A DNA stretch of 64,000 nucleotides, from assembly GCA_963555815.3 (NCBI GenBank), contig CAUVWX020000001.1, positions 1,248,001 through 1,312,000 of the forward strand, given 5' to 3'. Both the position numbers and the translations under genes were made by a program. The number at the start of each line of letters is the position of its first letter. Within the stretch, counting starts at the first letter, position 1. Source of the stretch: a bacterium (GTDB lineage: Bacteria > UBA8248 > JACPRG01 > G963555815). Below, piece by piece: positions 29,793 through 39,683 of the stretch. The notes below the pieces were generated by a model, which worked only from the letters and a program-made list of their open reading frames with translations, searched no databases and was not told the DNA's origin.

Positions 29793-31033
29793 GCGAGGGA
29801 TCTTTTAGGCCAATCCCGGGTCGAGGGAAGAGGAGCTGGACGTGGCTCTGGCTTCTCCTCATCGCCTTCGGTTTGCGTCTCGGCGCCGGTTTGGCTTTGG
29901 ACCACCTCGCGCCCCAGGGCGCGCTCTTTGTCGACACCCTGGCCTACGAGGGAGTCGGGAGGGCCCTCTCCACCTCCTGGAAGGCGGGGATCCCCCTCAC
30001 CATCGAGGGTTATGTCCAAACGCCAGAGAGCAAGGACATCCTTGGTCACGCCACCAATGACGGGGCTTACTACTACTATGTTGCATCTCTTTTCTACCTG
30101 TTCGGCGGTTGGGGTTTTCTGCCCAAGCTCTCGAACCTCCTCATTGGATCTCTTTCTGTCCTCCTCGTTTACCGGATCGCCGGGATGCTCTTCCAAGCCA
30201 GGGCGGCCCTTCTGGCAGGCCTTCTGACAGCTGTCTTCCCCTCTTTTGTCCTCGTCTCGGCGACCAGCTTGAGGGACACCCAAACGGTCTTCTTCATCAC
30301 CCTGATCGCCTGGCTCACGCTTCGGACCTATCGGCAGCCGGGCGTCTGGGGGACTGTCGGACTGGCAGCGGCCCTCGCCTATCTGCGATTCCATTCGAAC
30401 TACCTCTTCCTGACGATGACGACTCTGGCGACAATCTACCTCTTCATCCGCCCAAGACTCCTTGGGAGATACCTTCTCCCTGGAGCAGCGGCCGTCGCCC
30501 TCATCCTAGTTCTGGCGTTCCAATGGAGCCCCATCCAGATTCGCCCCTATGACACAGAGTGGTTGACAAATGTGAACATCGCTCGAAACCTCAAGGCCAT
30601 CGGAAACTTAGCCCTCTATCCGGATCTGGACATCTCGACGCTGCCGAAAGTTTTTGCCTTTCTCCCAGTCGGCCTCGGGTATTTCTTCTTCTTCCCAACG
30701 CCTTGGCAGGCCACTACCGCCCTGCAGCGGATGGCTGCGCCGGAGATGGTCCTCTGGTACTTTCTATTCCCCTTTGGAGTGGCGGGTCTCGTGGTGGCGG
30801 CCATGAGGTTGGGGAAGAGGAGGAGGGAATGTTTCTACCTGGCGGGCTTGGCGGCGGCCCTTTCCTCCATTTACGCCCTCTACGACGGAAATGTGGGGAC
30901 CATGTACCGGCATCGGCTTCACGTCCTGATGGTCTTCCTCGTGTTTTCGGGTTCCGCCCTCTTGGCCACCTATGACTTCATTCGAAAGCGAAGGGCGTTG
31001 AAGCATGAGTCAAGGGAGAAGAAAGTCCCCTAA
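29789..31033 (+). CDS. polytopic membrane protein (GT39-like / polysaccharide polymerase-like)
   Basis: ATGA overlap with upstream gene; D...Y loop, LRD, P.PWQ, N.GT..RHR. Confidence 0.65.
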   Translation: MSEGSFRPIPGRGKRSWTWLWLLLIAFGLRLGAGLALDHLAPQGALFVDTLAYEGVGRALSTSWKAGIPLTIEGYVQTPESKDILGHATNDGAYYYYVASLFYLFGGWGFLPKLSNLLIGSLSVLLVYRIAGMLFQARAALLAGLLTAVFPSFVLVSATSLRDTQTVFFITLIAWLTLRTYRQPGVWGTVGLAAALAYLRFHSNYLFLTMTTLATIYLFIRPRLLGRYLLPGAAAVALILVLAFQWSPIQIRPYDTEWLTNVNIARNLKAIGNLALYPDLDISTLPKVFAFLPVGLGYFFFFPTPWQATTALQRMAAPEMVLWYFLFPFGVAGLVVAAMRLGKRRRECFYLAGLAAALSSIYALYDGNVGTMYRHRLHVLMVFLVFSGSALLATYDFIRKRRALKHESREKKVP

Positions 31034-31150
31034 CCGGTGGCTGGCCGGACAAAATCCTTTGGACCCCGGCCTGAGACTAAAATGTCACCGGGTGCCGGGG
31101 GGCCCCTTCCCCGATAGGGGTGGCGCTCCCCCAAGCGCTGGGCCTACCCC

Positions 31151-32185
31151 GTGAAGAACGCCCTCTTCTCTTTACTGCTCCTTGTGGCTCTCTTCTTCTT
31201 GGTCGAGGGAGTCCTCAGGTTTTTCGTCTTCGAAAGTTCTGCCGTAGGCATCTGGGGGTTCAACCCTTATGGCCAGGGAGACCTGCGAGGGGGTGTTGAC
31301 TCCGTCGTACTCATCAAGCCAGAACTTCCTTACCGTTTGGTGACGGACGATGAGGGCTTTAGAACCTGCGGCCGGGAAGGCACGGAGACTTCTTTGCGGG
31401 TCCTCGCTGTTGGAGATTCCTTCACCTTTGGTCCCTATGTAGAAAATGAATCCACCTACCCATGTCTCCTTCAGGAAACCCTCAATGCAGTGGATTCAGA
31501 CCACCGATTTGAGGTCCTGAACGCCGGCATCCCCGGATATACGGTGACGGACGAGCGCCACTATCTCTTAGAAAAAGGTTTGGAGCTCAAGCCTCAAGTG
31601 GTCCTCCTTGGGATTTATACGAACGATATCGTGGACCTTGCGCCTTCTGCCCGGGCCAAGTTCGCACGGCCCGGTCACCAAGACAGGCTTCAAGGGGCGC
31701 GTTTTTATATGAGGCGCCTCGCCTGGTACGACCTGGCAGTCCGCATTCGATATGCGGCTCTCTCCAGAGGGACGCCTGCCAAAGTGCGCCCTCCCCCAAC
31801 TCCGCCTGATCGTGAGAAAGCAAGAGCCCTTACCCCGTCAGTGGGGGAATGGCAGCCCTATTGGCCGGAATATCAATCTGGCTTAAGGGGGCTTGTGAGC
31901 GACCTGCGGCAGCGCCAAATCCCCCTACTCGTCATTCTCTTTCCGCACGTCGCTCAGGTGGAGGGCAGATCTTCTGAGGAGATTCAGGAGGCCATTCGGG
32001 AGGTCTTGTTGGAAGAAGGGGTTCCCTTTATTGATCTCCTTCCTCACTTCCAAGAGGAACCCGGTGGGCTCTATCTGCTTCCTATCAACCATCATCTCTC
32101 AGCGCGTGGAAACCGCCTGGCAGCCGACCTGATCCGCGAAGCTCTCGTGAGGCACGCGCTCATTCCCGCCCCGGTCAATCGGTAA
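31151..32185 (+). CDS. membrane-anchored SGNH/GDSL hydrolase (AlgX/AlgJ-like)
   Basis: GDSFTFG, NAGIPGY, Y.ND, HH.S.RG. Confidence 0.85.
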   Translation: MKNALFSLLLLVALFFLVEGVLRFFVFESSAVGIWGFNPYGQGDLRGGVDSVVLIKPELPYRLVTDDEGFRTCGREGTETSLRVLAVGDSFTFGPYVENESTYPCLLQETLNAVDSDHRFEVLNAGIPGYTVTDERHYLLEKGLELKPQVVLLGIYTNDIVDLAPSARAKFARPGHQDRLQGARFYMRRLAWYDLAVRIRYAALSRGTPAKVRPPPTPPDREKARALTPSVGEWQPYWPEYQSGLRGLVSDLRQRQIPLLVILFPHVAQVEGRSSEEIQEAIREVLLEEGVPFIDLLPHFQEEPGGLYLLPINHHLSARGNRLAADLIREALVRHALIPAPVNR

Positions 32186-32208
32186 AGTCGAAAAGGGGAT
32201 GTTCTCTG

Positions 32209-33405
32209 TCAAGGAAGTATCGGGAGATCCTTGGTGGGGGACGATGCCGCATTTTCGTGGAAGTCCCTGGAACTTAGCAAACTCTCGATTTCGATAACAG
32301 CTTTTCGGTTCGATTCCTCTGGCAACAGTTTTTTAACCTCTGGTGAGATGATCTCCGCCAGAATCCTGTTACCTTTCGAATTCAGGTGGACTCTATCGAC
32401 GTGTGTGTCCTTGAACTGGGTCCTATCCCACATCTCGTGGAATGCATCGACGACAGCGATCCCAAGTTCCCTCCCCAAGCGGTCATAATTAGCATGTGCG
32501 CGGTAGGTTCCAATGGCCCAAAACTCATGGAGAGTGATGGAACTACGCTTTTCATTCACCAAGGTTGGCACCTGCTCTACCTTCTTGGGGTGAACGCCGA
32601 AAACCTGCTTCACTAGGAGAATTTTGATTTTCCTGGAGAGGTATTCTTGCAAGAATGATTTCATAGCGTTGTAGTGGTTTTCAGCCCATTCGCGCTCAGC
32701 CAAAATGTCCAGAATTGAAGCGTTATTTGTGGTTCTAGTGACCACTATTCCATCCAGGTCCCCCACATTCCAGCGGCTTGGTGGAGTTGCGTAGGCAAAT
32801 GAAGGGTCTCCGTGTCGCAAAAGAGCGACCTTCTCAATCAATAGGATATAGAAGAGAGAATACCTTGTTATCAGTTCCTTTGCATCAACCGTAAGCTGCA
32901 CAAAAAGGTTGTTGGTACGCGGGTACCCTAGGCCATTTTGATAGTCATTATGCCCATTGTAGACAATGATCAAATCCACTTCCGGACTACCCGCCTTGGC
33001 ATGGATAGCTCGCAGATGTCCGGAATCCGAACCGGGGATTCCAGCGTTCATCACATGAAATCTCTTTGCATTCAGACCCGCATTAAGAATGTGTTCGAGA
33101 TGCACGGGGTAAGATTGATCAGGCGGCGCTCCTGCCCCGTAGGTGGACGAGCCTCCAAATGTCATAATTTTAATTTGCTCCGCGCTTCCAGGTGGGATGG
33201 GGTCAACGGCAAAATGATGCCTTGTCAGCAAGTCCCCTTTCTCTGTAAACCCGAATAAAAGCGAATGGGGTCCTGAGCGGATCGCCCTGTAAACTCGTGC
33301 GGATCCTTCGATGCCGACGACAAACAGGATCACTGCAACACCCGTGTACAACAAGCTTTTCCACCATGGAAGTCGAACCGCCATCAGAAGAGATCTCCTG
33401 ATCAA
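32209..33405 (-). CDS. membrane-anchored SGNH/GDSL hydrolase (AT-richer)
   Basis: FGGSSTYG, NAGIPG, G.ND, DRVHLN. Confidence 0.85.
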   Translation of the reverse strand: MIRRSLLMAVRLPWWKSLLYTGVAVILFVVGIEGSARVYRAIRSGPHSLLFGFTEKGDLLTRHHFAVDPIPPGSAEQIKIMTFGGSSTYGAGAPPDQSYPVHLEHILNAGLNAKRFHVMNAGIPGSDSGHLRAIHAKAGSPEVDLIIVYNGHNDYQNGLGYPRTNNLFVQLTVDAKELITRYSLFYILLIEKVALLRHGDPSFAYATPPSRWNVGDLDGIVVTRTTNNASILDILAEREWAENHYNAMKSFLQEYLSRKIKILLVKQVFGVHPKKVEQVPTLVNEKRSSITLHEFWAIGTYRAHANYDRLGRELGIAVVDAFHEMWDRTQFKDTHVDRVHLNSKGNRILAEIISPEVKKLLPEESNRKAVIEIESLLSSRDFHENAASSPTKDLPILP

Positions 33406-33454
33406 TACGTCTTAGATTGTCTGCCTCTCACTCTAAAAGTACAGATGAGATCAT

Positions 33455-34807
33455 CTATATCCATTTTCGGACCCTACCAGAAGAGACGACCTCATTCAGG
33501 GGAGGCGGGAGACTTCCCTGATAGATGGAAAGAAGTCGGGGCAGGATACGCTCCGGGGCAAAGCGTTCCCCCAGGAGGGCCCGCCCCGCTTGACCCATAT
33601 CGGCCGCCCGGACTGGGTCTTGCAGGAGGTCGGCGATCCGGTCCGCCAGCTCTCTTGGATCACCCGGCTTGACGACGAACCCCGTCACCTGATCCTCGAT
33701 GATCTCGGGTATTCCTCCCACGCGGCTCCCCACCACCGGCTTGGAAAGGCTCATGGCCTCCAATAAGACCCGGGCGAGGGGCTCTGGCCAGGTGGAAGGC
33801 AAGATCATGACACTTGAAATCGAGAACAGATCGATGACTTCCTTGTTAGAGAGCGGAGGGATGTGAAACAGGTTTCCATTCTCTCGATAGGAATCCGGAA
33901 AGGGGATAGCTGGATTGGGGGAACCCACCACGACGAAGAGGGCCTTGGGCACCTTTTGCATCACCAGGGGGATGGCCTCAAAGAGGATATGGGCCCCCTT
34001 CCCGAATGAGATCTTCCCTGCTGCATATGTGACGAGGGGACGGCCCTCCGGAAGGCCGAACTTGATGTGGATCTCTTCGGAGGAGGAGGAGCGGGGAGCC
34101 TGAGGCGGGGGAAGGTTGTACACCGCCACCATCCTGGAAGCACACTCCGAGAAACCGCAATCGAGATAGAGTCGGCGGATCCCTTCGGAGACGGGGATAA
34201 TCGTATCCATGCGTCGAAGGCACCAGCGCCGAAGGAGGAGGTCCAGGCCTCGGTGGACCCCTCCGAGGAGGAATTTCATGCAGCCCAGCCATCGAAGTTG
34301 GGGATGATTTCGCCTCTGAAAAGCGGTGAGGCACTGAAGGTAGTTCCGTGCACCACACCTGGAAGAGATAATCTCGCCAGGGAGGGCGCAACCCTGCCCC
34401 CCCGTGCAAAGGGTGCTGGTGTCCCGAAGTGTCTGAAAAACCTTTATGTGAGAGAGGCGCCCCGCTAGGAGAGATCCGACCGCTGAATAGGAGTTCTGGG
34501 CGTGAAGGACCTCGAGTCCCTCTCGCCGGATCACCCACATCAGAAATAGGGCTTGATAGAGATAGTGGAGAGGATTCACCAGGAAGAGGCCCCGGGCCAT
34601 CTCGCCTGGACTCAGGCGCTGGGGAAAGGGATAGCGATAGATGAAAACTCCGTCTTCTACCTCCTTGGCTTGGGCCCCGTAGTTTGGCGTCACGACCACC
34701 ACCTTGTGGCCCGAGGCGGAGAGGGCGCGGGCCAGCTGACAGGTGCTTTGGGCCGCGCCGCCGACGGCGAAGGGGGGATAGTCCTCAATAACGAGCCCGA
34801 TGTTCAA
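33455..34807 (-). CDS. glycosyltransferase family 4 with a Cys-rich insert
   Basis: YPP..VGGA, KG, PS.WPEP..RV..EAM, GG.PE. Confidence 0.9.
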   Translation of the reverse strand: MNIGLVIEDYPPFAVGGAAQSTCQLARALSASGHKVVVVTPNYGAQAKEVEDGVFIYRYPFPQRLSPGEMARGLFLVNPLHYLYQALFLMWVIRREGLEVLHAQNSYSAVGSLLAGRLSHIKVFQTLRDTSTLCTGGQGCALPGEIISSRCGARNYLQCLTAFQRRNHPQLRWLGCMKFLLGGVHRGLDLLLRRWCLRRMDTIIPVSEGIRRLYLDCGFSECASRMVAVYNLPPPQAPRSSSSEEIHIKFGLPEGRPLVTYAAGKISFGKGAHILFEAIPLVMQKVPKALFVVVGSPNPAIPFPDSYRENGNLFHIPPLSNKEVIDLFSISSVMILPSTWPEPLARVLLEAMSLSKPVVGSRVGGIPEIIEDQVTGFVVKPGDPRELADRIADLLQDPVRAADMGQAGRALLGERFAPERILPRLLSIYQGSLPPPLNEVVSSGRVRKWI

Positions 34808-34834
34808 CTTGTAGTTTCTCCTTGGAACTCTGTC

Positions 34835-36439
34835 TCAGACCCTGGGCAGGGCGGGCTCTCGCGGGGCCCTTTCCTCCCGTGCCCATCTCGAAAAGAGGCG
34901 CTGGACTTCGATCCCCTTAAGGACCACCGCCACGGCCTTGAAGGCGAGCATCCCCAGGGCGGCGGCCATGGCCCCCAGGTGGCCCCCCAGCCCAAAGGAG
35001 AGGATCAAAAAAGGGGCTATCGCCACCAAGGTCCACCTCAGTTCGATGTCCATCCGTCCGATTGTGAGGAAGAAGGGGCCTTGGGGCATGGAGTAGGCCC
35101 CCGTGGCCGAGGCCAGCAGGATGATGAGATAGAGGGGAAAGGCCGCAAGGTAACTCCCGCCAGAGAACCAGAGGAAGAAGACATATCCCGCCGGAACCAG
35201 GAGGACGGAAATCCCGCCGAGCGTCAGGAGAGAGAATCTCTCGATCTTCCGGTAAGTCTGACGGAGGAATTTTAAGCCTTGGACCCTGGCCTCGGGGAGA
35301 CGACTTCGGGTATTGGTGATGAGTGGGTTGGCGAGGACCCGTGGGATGTTGGCGAGCCTAAGAGCCATCGCGAACTGACCTGTCGCCGCCAGGCCGGCGA
35401 AGTGAGAGACCAAGATCACAGGGAGGTTCTCATAGATGCTGAAGACCCCCTTGTGTGCATGGTAGGTCATGTTGACCCCAAGATACTTTCGGCAGTCCTT
35501 CAAATATCCCCCCTGGCGCCAGATCCCCCAGACAGAGAAATAGGGAGGTTGTTTTCGTCTGGCATAGACCTTGTAGGCCAGGAAGCCGTAGCCCGATCCG
35601 ATGAGATAGGCCAGCACATTGGCCCAAAGGGCACCTTGGACGCCGAAGCCAGCCGCCACTGCCCCGAGGACGAGGGCGGATCGAACAAAGGCGTCGGTGA
35701 GGCCAAGGGCGGCATGGGCCCTCATCGCCCGAAGGCCAAGGAAGAAGAGGCTCGCAAAGAGATAGAAGATGCCGGCCAGGTTTTGGAGCGTGAGGATCAT
35801 CACCAGATGAGGGGGCAGGGTTGTTCCAAAGAGGAGCGAGGAGAGAGAGCCGATCAAAAGGGACCCCACACCCAACAGGAGAAGGGAGAGGATCAGCTGA
35901 CTCTTCAGGAAAAAAGCAAGGATCCTTCGGGCTTCTTCCCTCTTTCCCCGAAGGCGCGCATCCGAAAAGAAGACAACGGCGGTATTTAGAACCGGTGGCT
36001 GGACAATTACATGGAGAATGCCATAGACGCCGAAGGCGAGTGAATAGAGGCCGAGGTCTGTCGCACCTAAGAGGGAGGCCAGGGCGAGGAAGGCCAGCAT
36101 GCGGACGGCATTGGACACAACGTGAGCCGCCTCAAGGTAAAAAGAATCTGCCACAAATTTTGTCCGAAGGACTTTTGGAAAACGCATCGACAGTTTGTTG
36201 AATGGAAATGGAAAGCGGGGCAGTTTGGGTTTTTCCGCGGCCGCTCCTGAAGGGGCCTCTACGACTGGCCGCTCCAGGAGGCCCATCATCTCTTTCCGAA
36301 GGCGTTTTGCGACGTCAGGGCGCTCCCTGGAGCGCTCTTGAGTCTCATCAGGATCGCTCAGGATGTGAAAGAGCGAGGATTCCCCTGTCTTTCTGTTCCA
36401 GAGGTATTTCCATTCCCGGGAGCGGAGGGAGACCCACAT
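34835..36439 (-). CDS. Wzx-type oligosaccharide flippase, preceded in frame by a sulfatase-like C-terminal segment
   Basis: Multi-TM MOP-type pattern (LA.LLG...LGLY, G.F..A.RL); first ~80 aa read SLRSREWKYL...LF.I.SDP.E. Confidence 0.8.
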   Translation of the reverse strand: MWVSLRSREWKYLWNRKTGESSLFHILSDPDETQERSRERPDVAKRLRKEMMGLLERPVVEAPSGAAAEKPKLPRFPFPFNKLSMRFPKVLRTKFVADSFYLEAAHVVSNAVRMLAFLALASLLGATDLGLYSLAFGVYGILHVIVQPPVLNTAVVFFSDARLRGKREEARRILAFFLKSQLILSLLLLGVGSLLIGSLSSLLFGTTLPPHLVMILTLQNLAGIFYLFASLFFLGLRAMRAHAALGLTDAFVRSALVLGAVAAGFGVQGALWANVLAYLIGSGYGFLAYKVYARRKQPPYFSVWGIWRQGGYLKDCRKYLGVNMTYHAHKGVFSIYENLPVILVSHFAGLAATGQFAMALRLANIPRVLANPLITNTRSRLPEARVQGLKFLRQTYRKIERFSLLTLGGISVLLVPAGYVFFLWFSGGSYLAAFPLYLIILLASATGAYSMPQGPFFLTIGRMDIELRWTLVAIAPFLILSFGLGGHLGAMAAALGMLAFKAVAVVLKGIEVQRLFSRWAREERAPREPALPRV

Positions 36440-37495
36440 CCCGCTCCGCTAGCAAACCGGGTTTCGCTAAGGGCCAGAAGGTCGAGGTGCTCCACCCTCC
36501 CCTCCATGAGGGGAAGGAGGCTCACGCCCTCGACGGCCCCCCCGAGGGGGATTTTTAGAGAGTCCAGGACTGTCGGGACGATATCGATCCCCCGGACCAT
36601 CTCCTCTACCTTCTTGGGGTGGCAACCCGGATAGCGGACGAGGAGTGGAACCCGGAGCTCCCCATCATAGAGATAGTGGCCGTGGGAGTGCCATTCCCCA
36701 TGTTCCCCAAAGTTCATCCCGTGGTTCCCGAAGATGAAGACAAGGTCTTCGGGCCTCAGGACGTCTAGGACCGCCCGTAGGTGGCGGTCCGCATAGGAGA
36801 GACGGCTGTCCCAGTAATCCAGGTTATATCGGCGGTGAATATGGATTGGCTCTGTGTCGTCTTCCCGATCGGTCTCATGGAAGTGAAAGTCAGGTGGATC
36901 AGGACATCGCCCGTGGATGTCGAGGTAGTGAATCATGGTGAAGTGGGGCGAGGGGGCCCTGGAGAGCCAATTGAGGGCCGTCTCGTTCGTAAGGTGGGCC
37001 ACCCGGTGGCTGCCAGCCCGGGTGGCCGTGTCCTCAGGCTGGACGGGGAGATATTCGTCAAACTGGCGACCCAGGTCGTCGAAGCGGCATCGCTTGCCCA
37101 GAAATCTCCAGCGGTTGAAAAATTCTGGCCGATAATAGCGGAGAAATCCAAAACGTGGGACCCAGTACCCCTGCCACATTGGAGCGAGCGGAGGGGACGA
37201 GCCGGGTCCGGTAACCATGGGCGGAGAGGTGCCTGGGAAGGGAGAGGAACCGCTCATCCCAGTGGAAGTCCCAGATGTTCTTCACCCGGTCAAAGGCACG
37301 GGTGTTGAGTCCTGTGAGGAAGGAGGAGAAGCTCATGTAAGTTGAAGTGGCCTGGGCGATCATGTTGGGGAAGTAGATGGCCTCTGACCGAAAGGCGTCT
37401 AGATTGGGGGTCGGGGCAGCCTCCAAGCGGGCCGTCCGAAGAGAGTCAATCACGATGAAAATGACGTTTGGCCGTCTCTTCACATCCTCAGACAC
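36358..37495 (-). pseudogene. sulfatase-like alkaline-phosphatase-superfamily protein, two frameshifts (near 37160 and near 36440)
   Basis: RPNVIFIVIDSLR, TPNLD, TYMSFSSFLTG, HGY.T; HYLDIH, GNHG..FGEHG...HG..LYD...RVPL, IDIVPTVL. Confidence 0.8.
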
Positions 37496-37699
37496 TCAGC
37501 CCGCTCCCTCAGGGGCCCCAAATCCCCTACGAATTCAAACCCTCAGAGTCTTGGTCCCATCTTGCTAAAAACTCGAATCCTATATGCCGGTATTAAAAGG
37601 GGTCAAGCCCTCATTCCACATCCCTATACTCAGGACTCAGGGGAAATTTTGGAATGCGTCATTTTCTTACATCAGTATAGAACCGATGTCGTTTTCTCG

Positions 37700-38815
37700 T
37701 CAGACACTACACTCGGGCGATGCGGAAAGCTCCGTCAAGAGTTCCCTCACAACATCAAGGTGGTTCTGGCAAGCCTGCTTCGGGGGGGTTGAGGTGATGA
37801 GGGGGACAAGGGCCTCATGGGCGGAGCCGTGAGACCGGAGCCGGACCTCCTGCCGGTCTGCCTTTAGTGGGCCAAAGACCGTGTGCGCGTCTCCGAGAAC
37901 GAAGAGGTCTCCGATCCTCTCGGTCATCAGCCGAAAGCGGGACGCCGCCTCATCTCTCAGGAAGACTGATTCGACGCCGGGGGTCTCAAGAAGGCGCTGG
38001 GCCGCCTCTTTGGTGCGCTCAGGGCGCTTGAGGAAGACATAGCAGGCCCCGCTCAGGTTCTGGTGGTGGACGACGTGTTCATCCCGGATGATGGGAATCG
38101 TCCGGGATGGGATCTTCTGGCGCGCCAGCACCCGGTCTAGATCCGCCGCCTCCCGCTTTTCCCGCATCCCGTGGTCTGCGGTGATAAAAAGCCTCCGGTC
38201 TGGGTTTTCTTCCTGGATGCGACCGAGCTCGGCGTCGAGGGCGTTGAAGTGAGCCTGGGCCTCGGGGGATTCGGGAGGATGATGGTGGGGGATGTAGTCC
38301 GTCGTCGCCGCAAAGACGAGGGTGGGTTTTCTTTTCTTCAGGACGTGTCTTACGGCTTGGAGCATCCAGAGGTCGATGGTGGAGGAATAGATGTCCTCCT
38401 TCGGGCCCACAGCCTCCACCATTTCTTTTGGCGGGGACTGGGCGGAGAAGGCGATTCCGGATCCCCGGGAGAGAAGGCGGCAAAGTTTTGCCTTTGAGGT
38501 CACAAGAGCGGTGGAAAGGCCCGCAGCTTCCGCCCGTTCTAAGAGGGTGGGGGTCGCGAGAAAGGAGGAAGACTCCATAAAAGTCTCCTCTCCTGTGTGT
38601 GAATCGTAGTGATAGTTGGAGGTGATCCCATGGATTTCTGGAAAGGACCCTGTGAGAAGAGAGGCGCAATTGACATTGGTCACGGTGGGGATGACGGCGT
38701 GGACAAGGGAGCGAGTTCCGGAGTGGCCGATGTGATCTAGATGGGGGGTTTTGACCACCTCCAGGTAGGCAGGGTCGAGTCCGTCGATGCAGAGGATGAG
38801 GACTGGGCTCTTGAT
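37700..38815 (-). CDS. phosphonoacetate hydrolase-like alkaline-phosphatase-superfamily enzyme
   Basis: ILCIDG.DP.YL, PTVTNVN..S..TG, TTDY..H, TADHGM, RIGD, LRSHG resemble PhnA; needs a non-canonical start at about 38815. Confidence 0.8.
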   Translation of the reverse strand: MKSPVLILCIDGLDPAYLEVVKTPHLDHIGHSGTRSLVHAVIPTVTNVNCASLLTGSFPEIHGITSNYHYDSHTGEETFMESSSFLATPTLLERAEAAGLSTALVTSKAKLCRLLSRGSGIAFSAQSPPKEMVEAVGPKEDIYSSTIDLWMLQAVRHVLKKRKPTLVFAATTDYIPHHHPPESPEAQAHFNALDAELGRIQEENPDRRLFITADHGMREKREAADLDRVLARQKIPSRTIPIIRDEHVVHHQNLSGACYVFLKRPERTKEAAQRLLETPGVESVFLRDEAASRFRLMTERIGDLFVLGDAHTVFGPLKADRQEVRLRSHGSAHEALVPLITSTPPKQACQNHLDVVRELLTELSASPECSV

Positions 38816-38874
38816 GGTCAGCCTCCTGTGGGACAGCCCAAATCTCGAATAAGGCGCTTATGCCTTTGTGTCTC

Positions 38875-39642
38875 TCAAGGCTTTTTGGGGGGCCAGACCT
38901 TCTGGGCCTCATGATAATCTTGAGGGGTGTCTATCTCAAAGACACCTCCCTCAATGTCTATGGTACCCACTGGGAACCCTCGTCCGGTGAGCTCAGAGAA
39001 AAAATCCGTCAGGTAGGCCTTCTCGAAGGTCGCAGCTTGTTGAAAGGCCCCTTCGGGCTGGGTGCGATAGGCCTCTGAGAGGTCCCGGTAGATGCGGCGG
39101 GCCCGTTTGGCCCCCTCAGGGGAGAATTTTGCCAGGCCGATGAACTCCCCGTGGGCCGTCTCAGGGTCTTTGAACCCTTTCCCGATCTGGACCACTTTCC
39201 CCGCGGAGGCCCAGACGAGGTCCGCCTCCTCGACGGGATGCTGGAGGCGACCCAGGTAGCGCTCCCGCCACCTTAGGTCGCACACCACACCCACTTCCCC
39301 CGGGTAAGCCAGAAGCCTCTCCACTACCTCTGGACCATATAAGATGTCCGAGTAGGCAGGAATGAATCCTTCAGCCATAAAGGGAGAGGCGCAGAACAGA
39401 GAACGAAGCGTGGCAGTATTCCCGAAGTCCGGATTTTCAAAGTAGGTGAGGCCGGGATAGTTGATGGTCTCGCCCAGGTGGCCCCGGACAAGGGCGATCT
39501 CCCTCACCTCGGCGGCCCTCAGCGACTCAAGCTGCCAATCGAGAATGGTCTTTTGGCCTATCCGATGAAGACACTTTGGAAGATCCTGGGCAAGGGGCAT
39601 CATCCGGGATCCCAAGCCAGCTGCGAGGATGATGGCCTTCAA
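38875..39642 (-). CDS. phosphonyl/phosphocholine-type cytidylyltransferase (NTP transferase)
   Basis: AIILAAGLGSR..P...PKCL, N.DF..T...SL, YSDI, GEFIGL.KFS, EIDT..D. Confidence 0.88.
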   Translation of the reverse strand: MKAIILAAGLGSRMMPLAQDLPKCLHRIGQKTILDWQLESLRAAEVREIALVRGHLGETINYPGLTYFENPDFGNTATLRSLFCASPFMAEGFIPAYSDILYGPEVVERLLAYPGEVGVVCDLRWRERYLGRLQHPVEEADLVWASAGKVVQIGKGFKDPETAHGEFIGLAKFSPEGAKRARRIYRDLSEAYRTQPEGAFQQAATFEKAYLTDFFSELTGRGFPVGTIDIEGGVFEIDTPQDYHEAQKVWPPKKP

Positions 39643-39683
39643 GATGGCTCCCTTTAGGCTAGTGGGAATTTTCTCCGGAGGTT

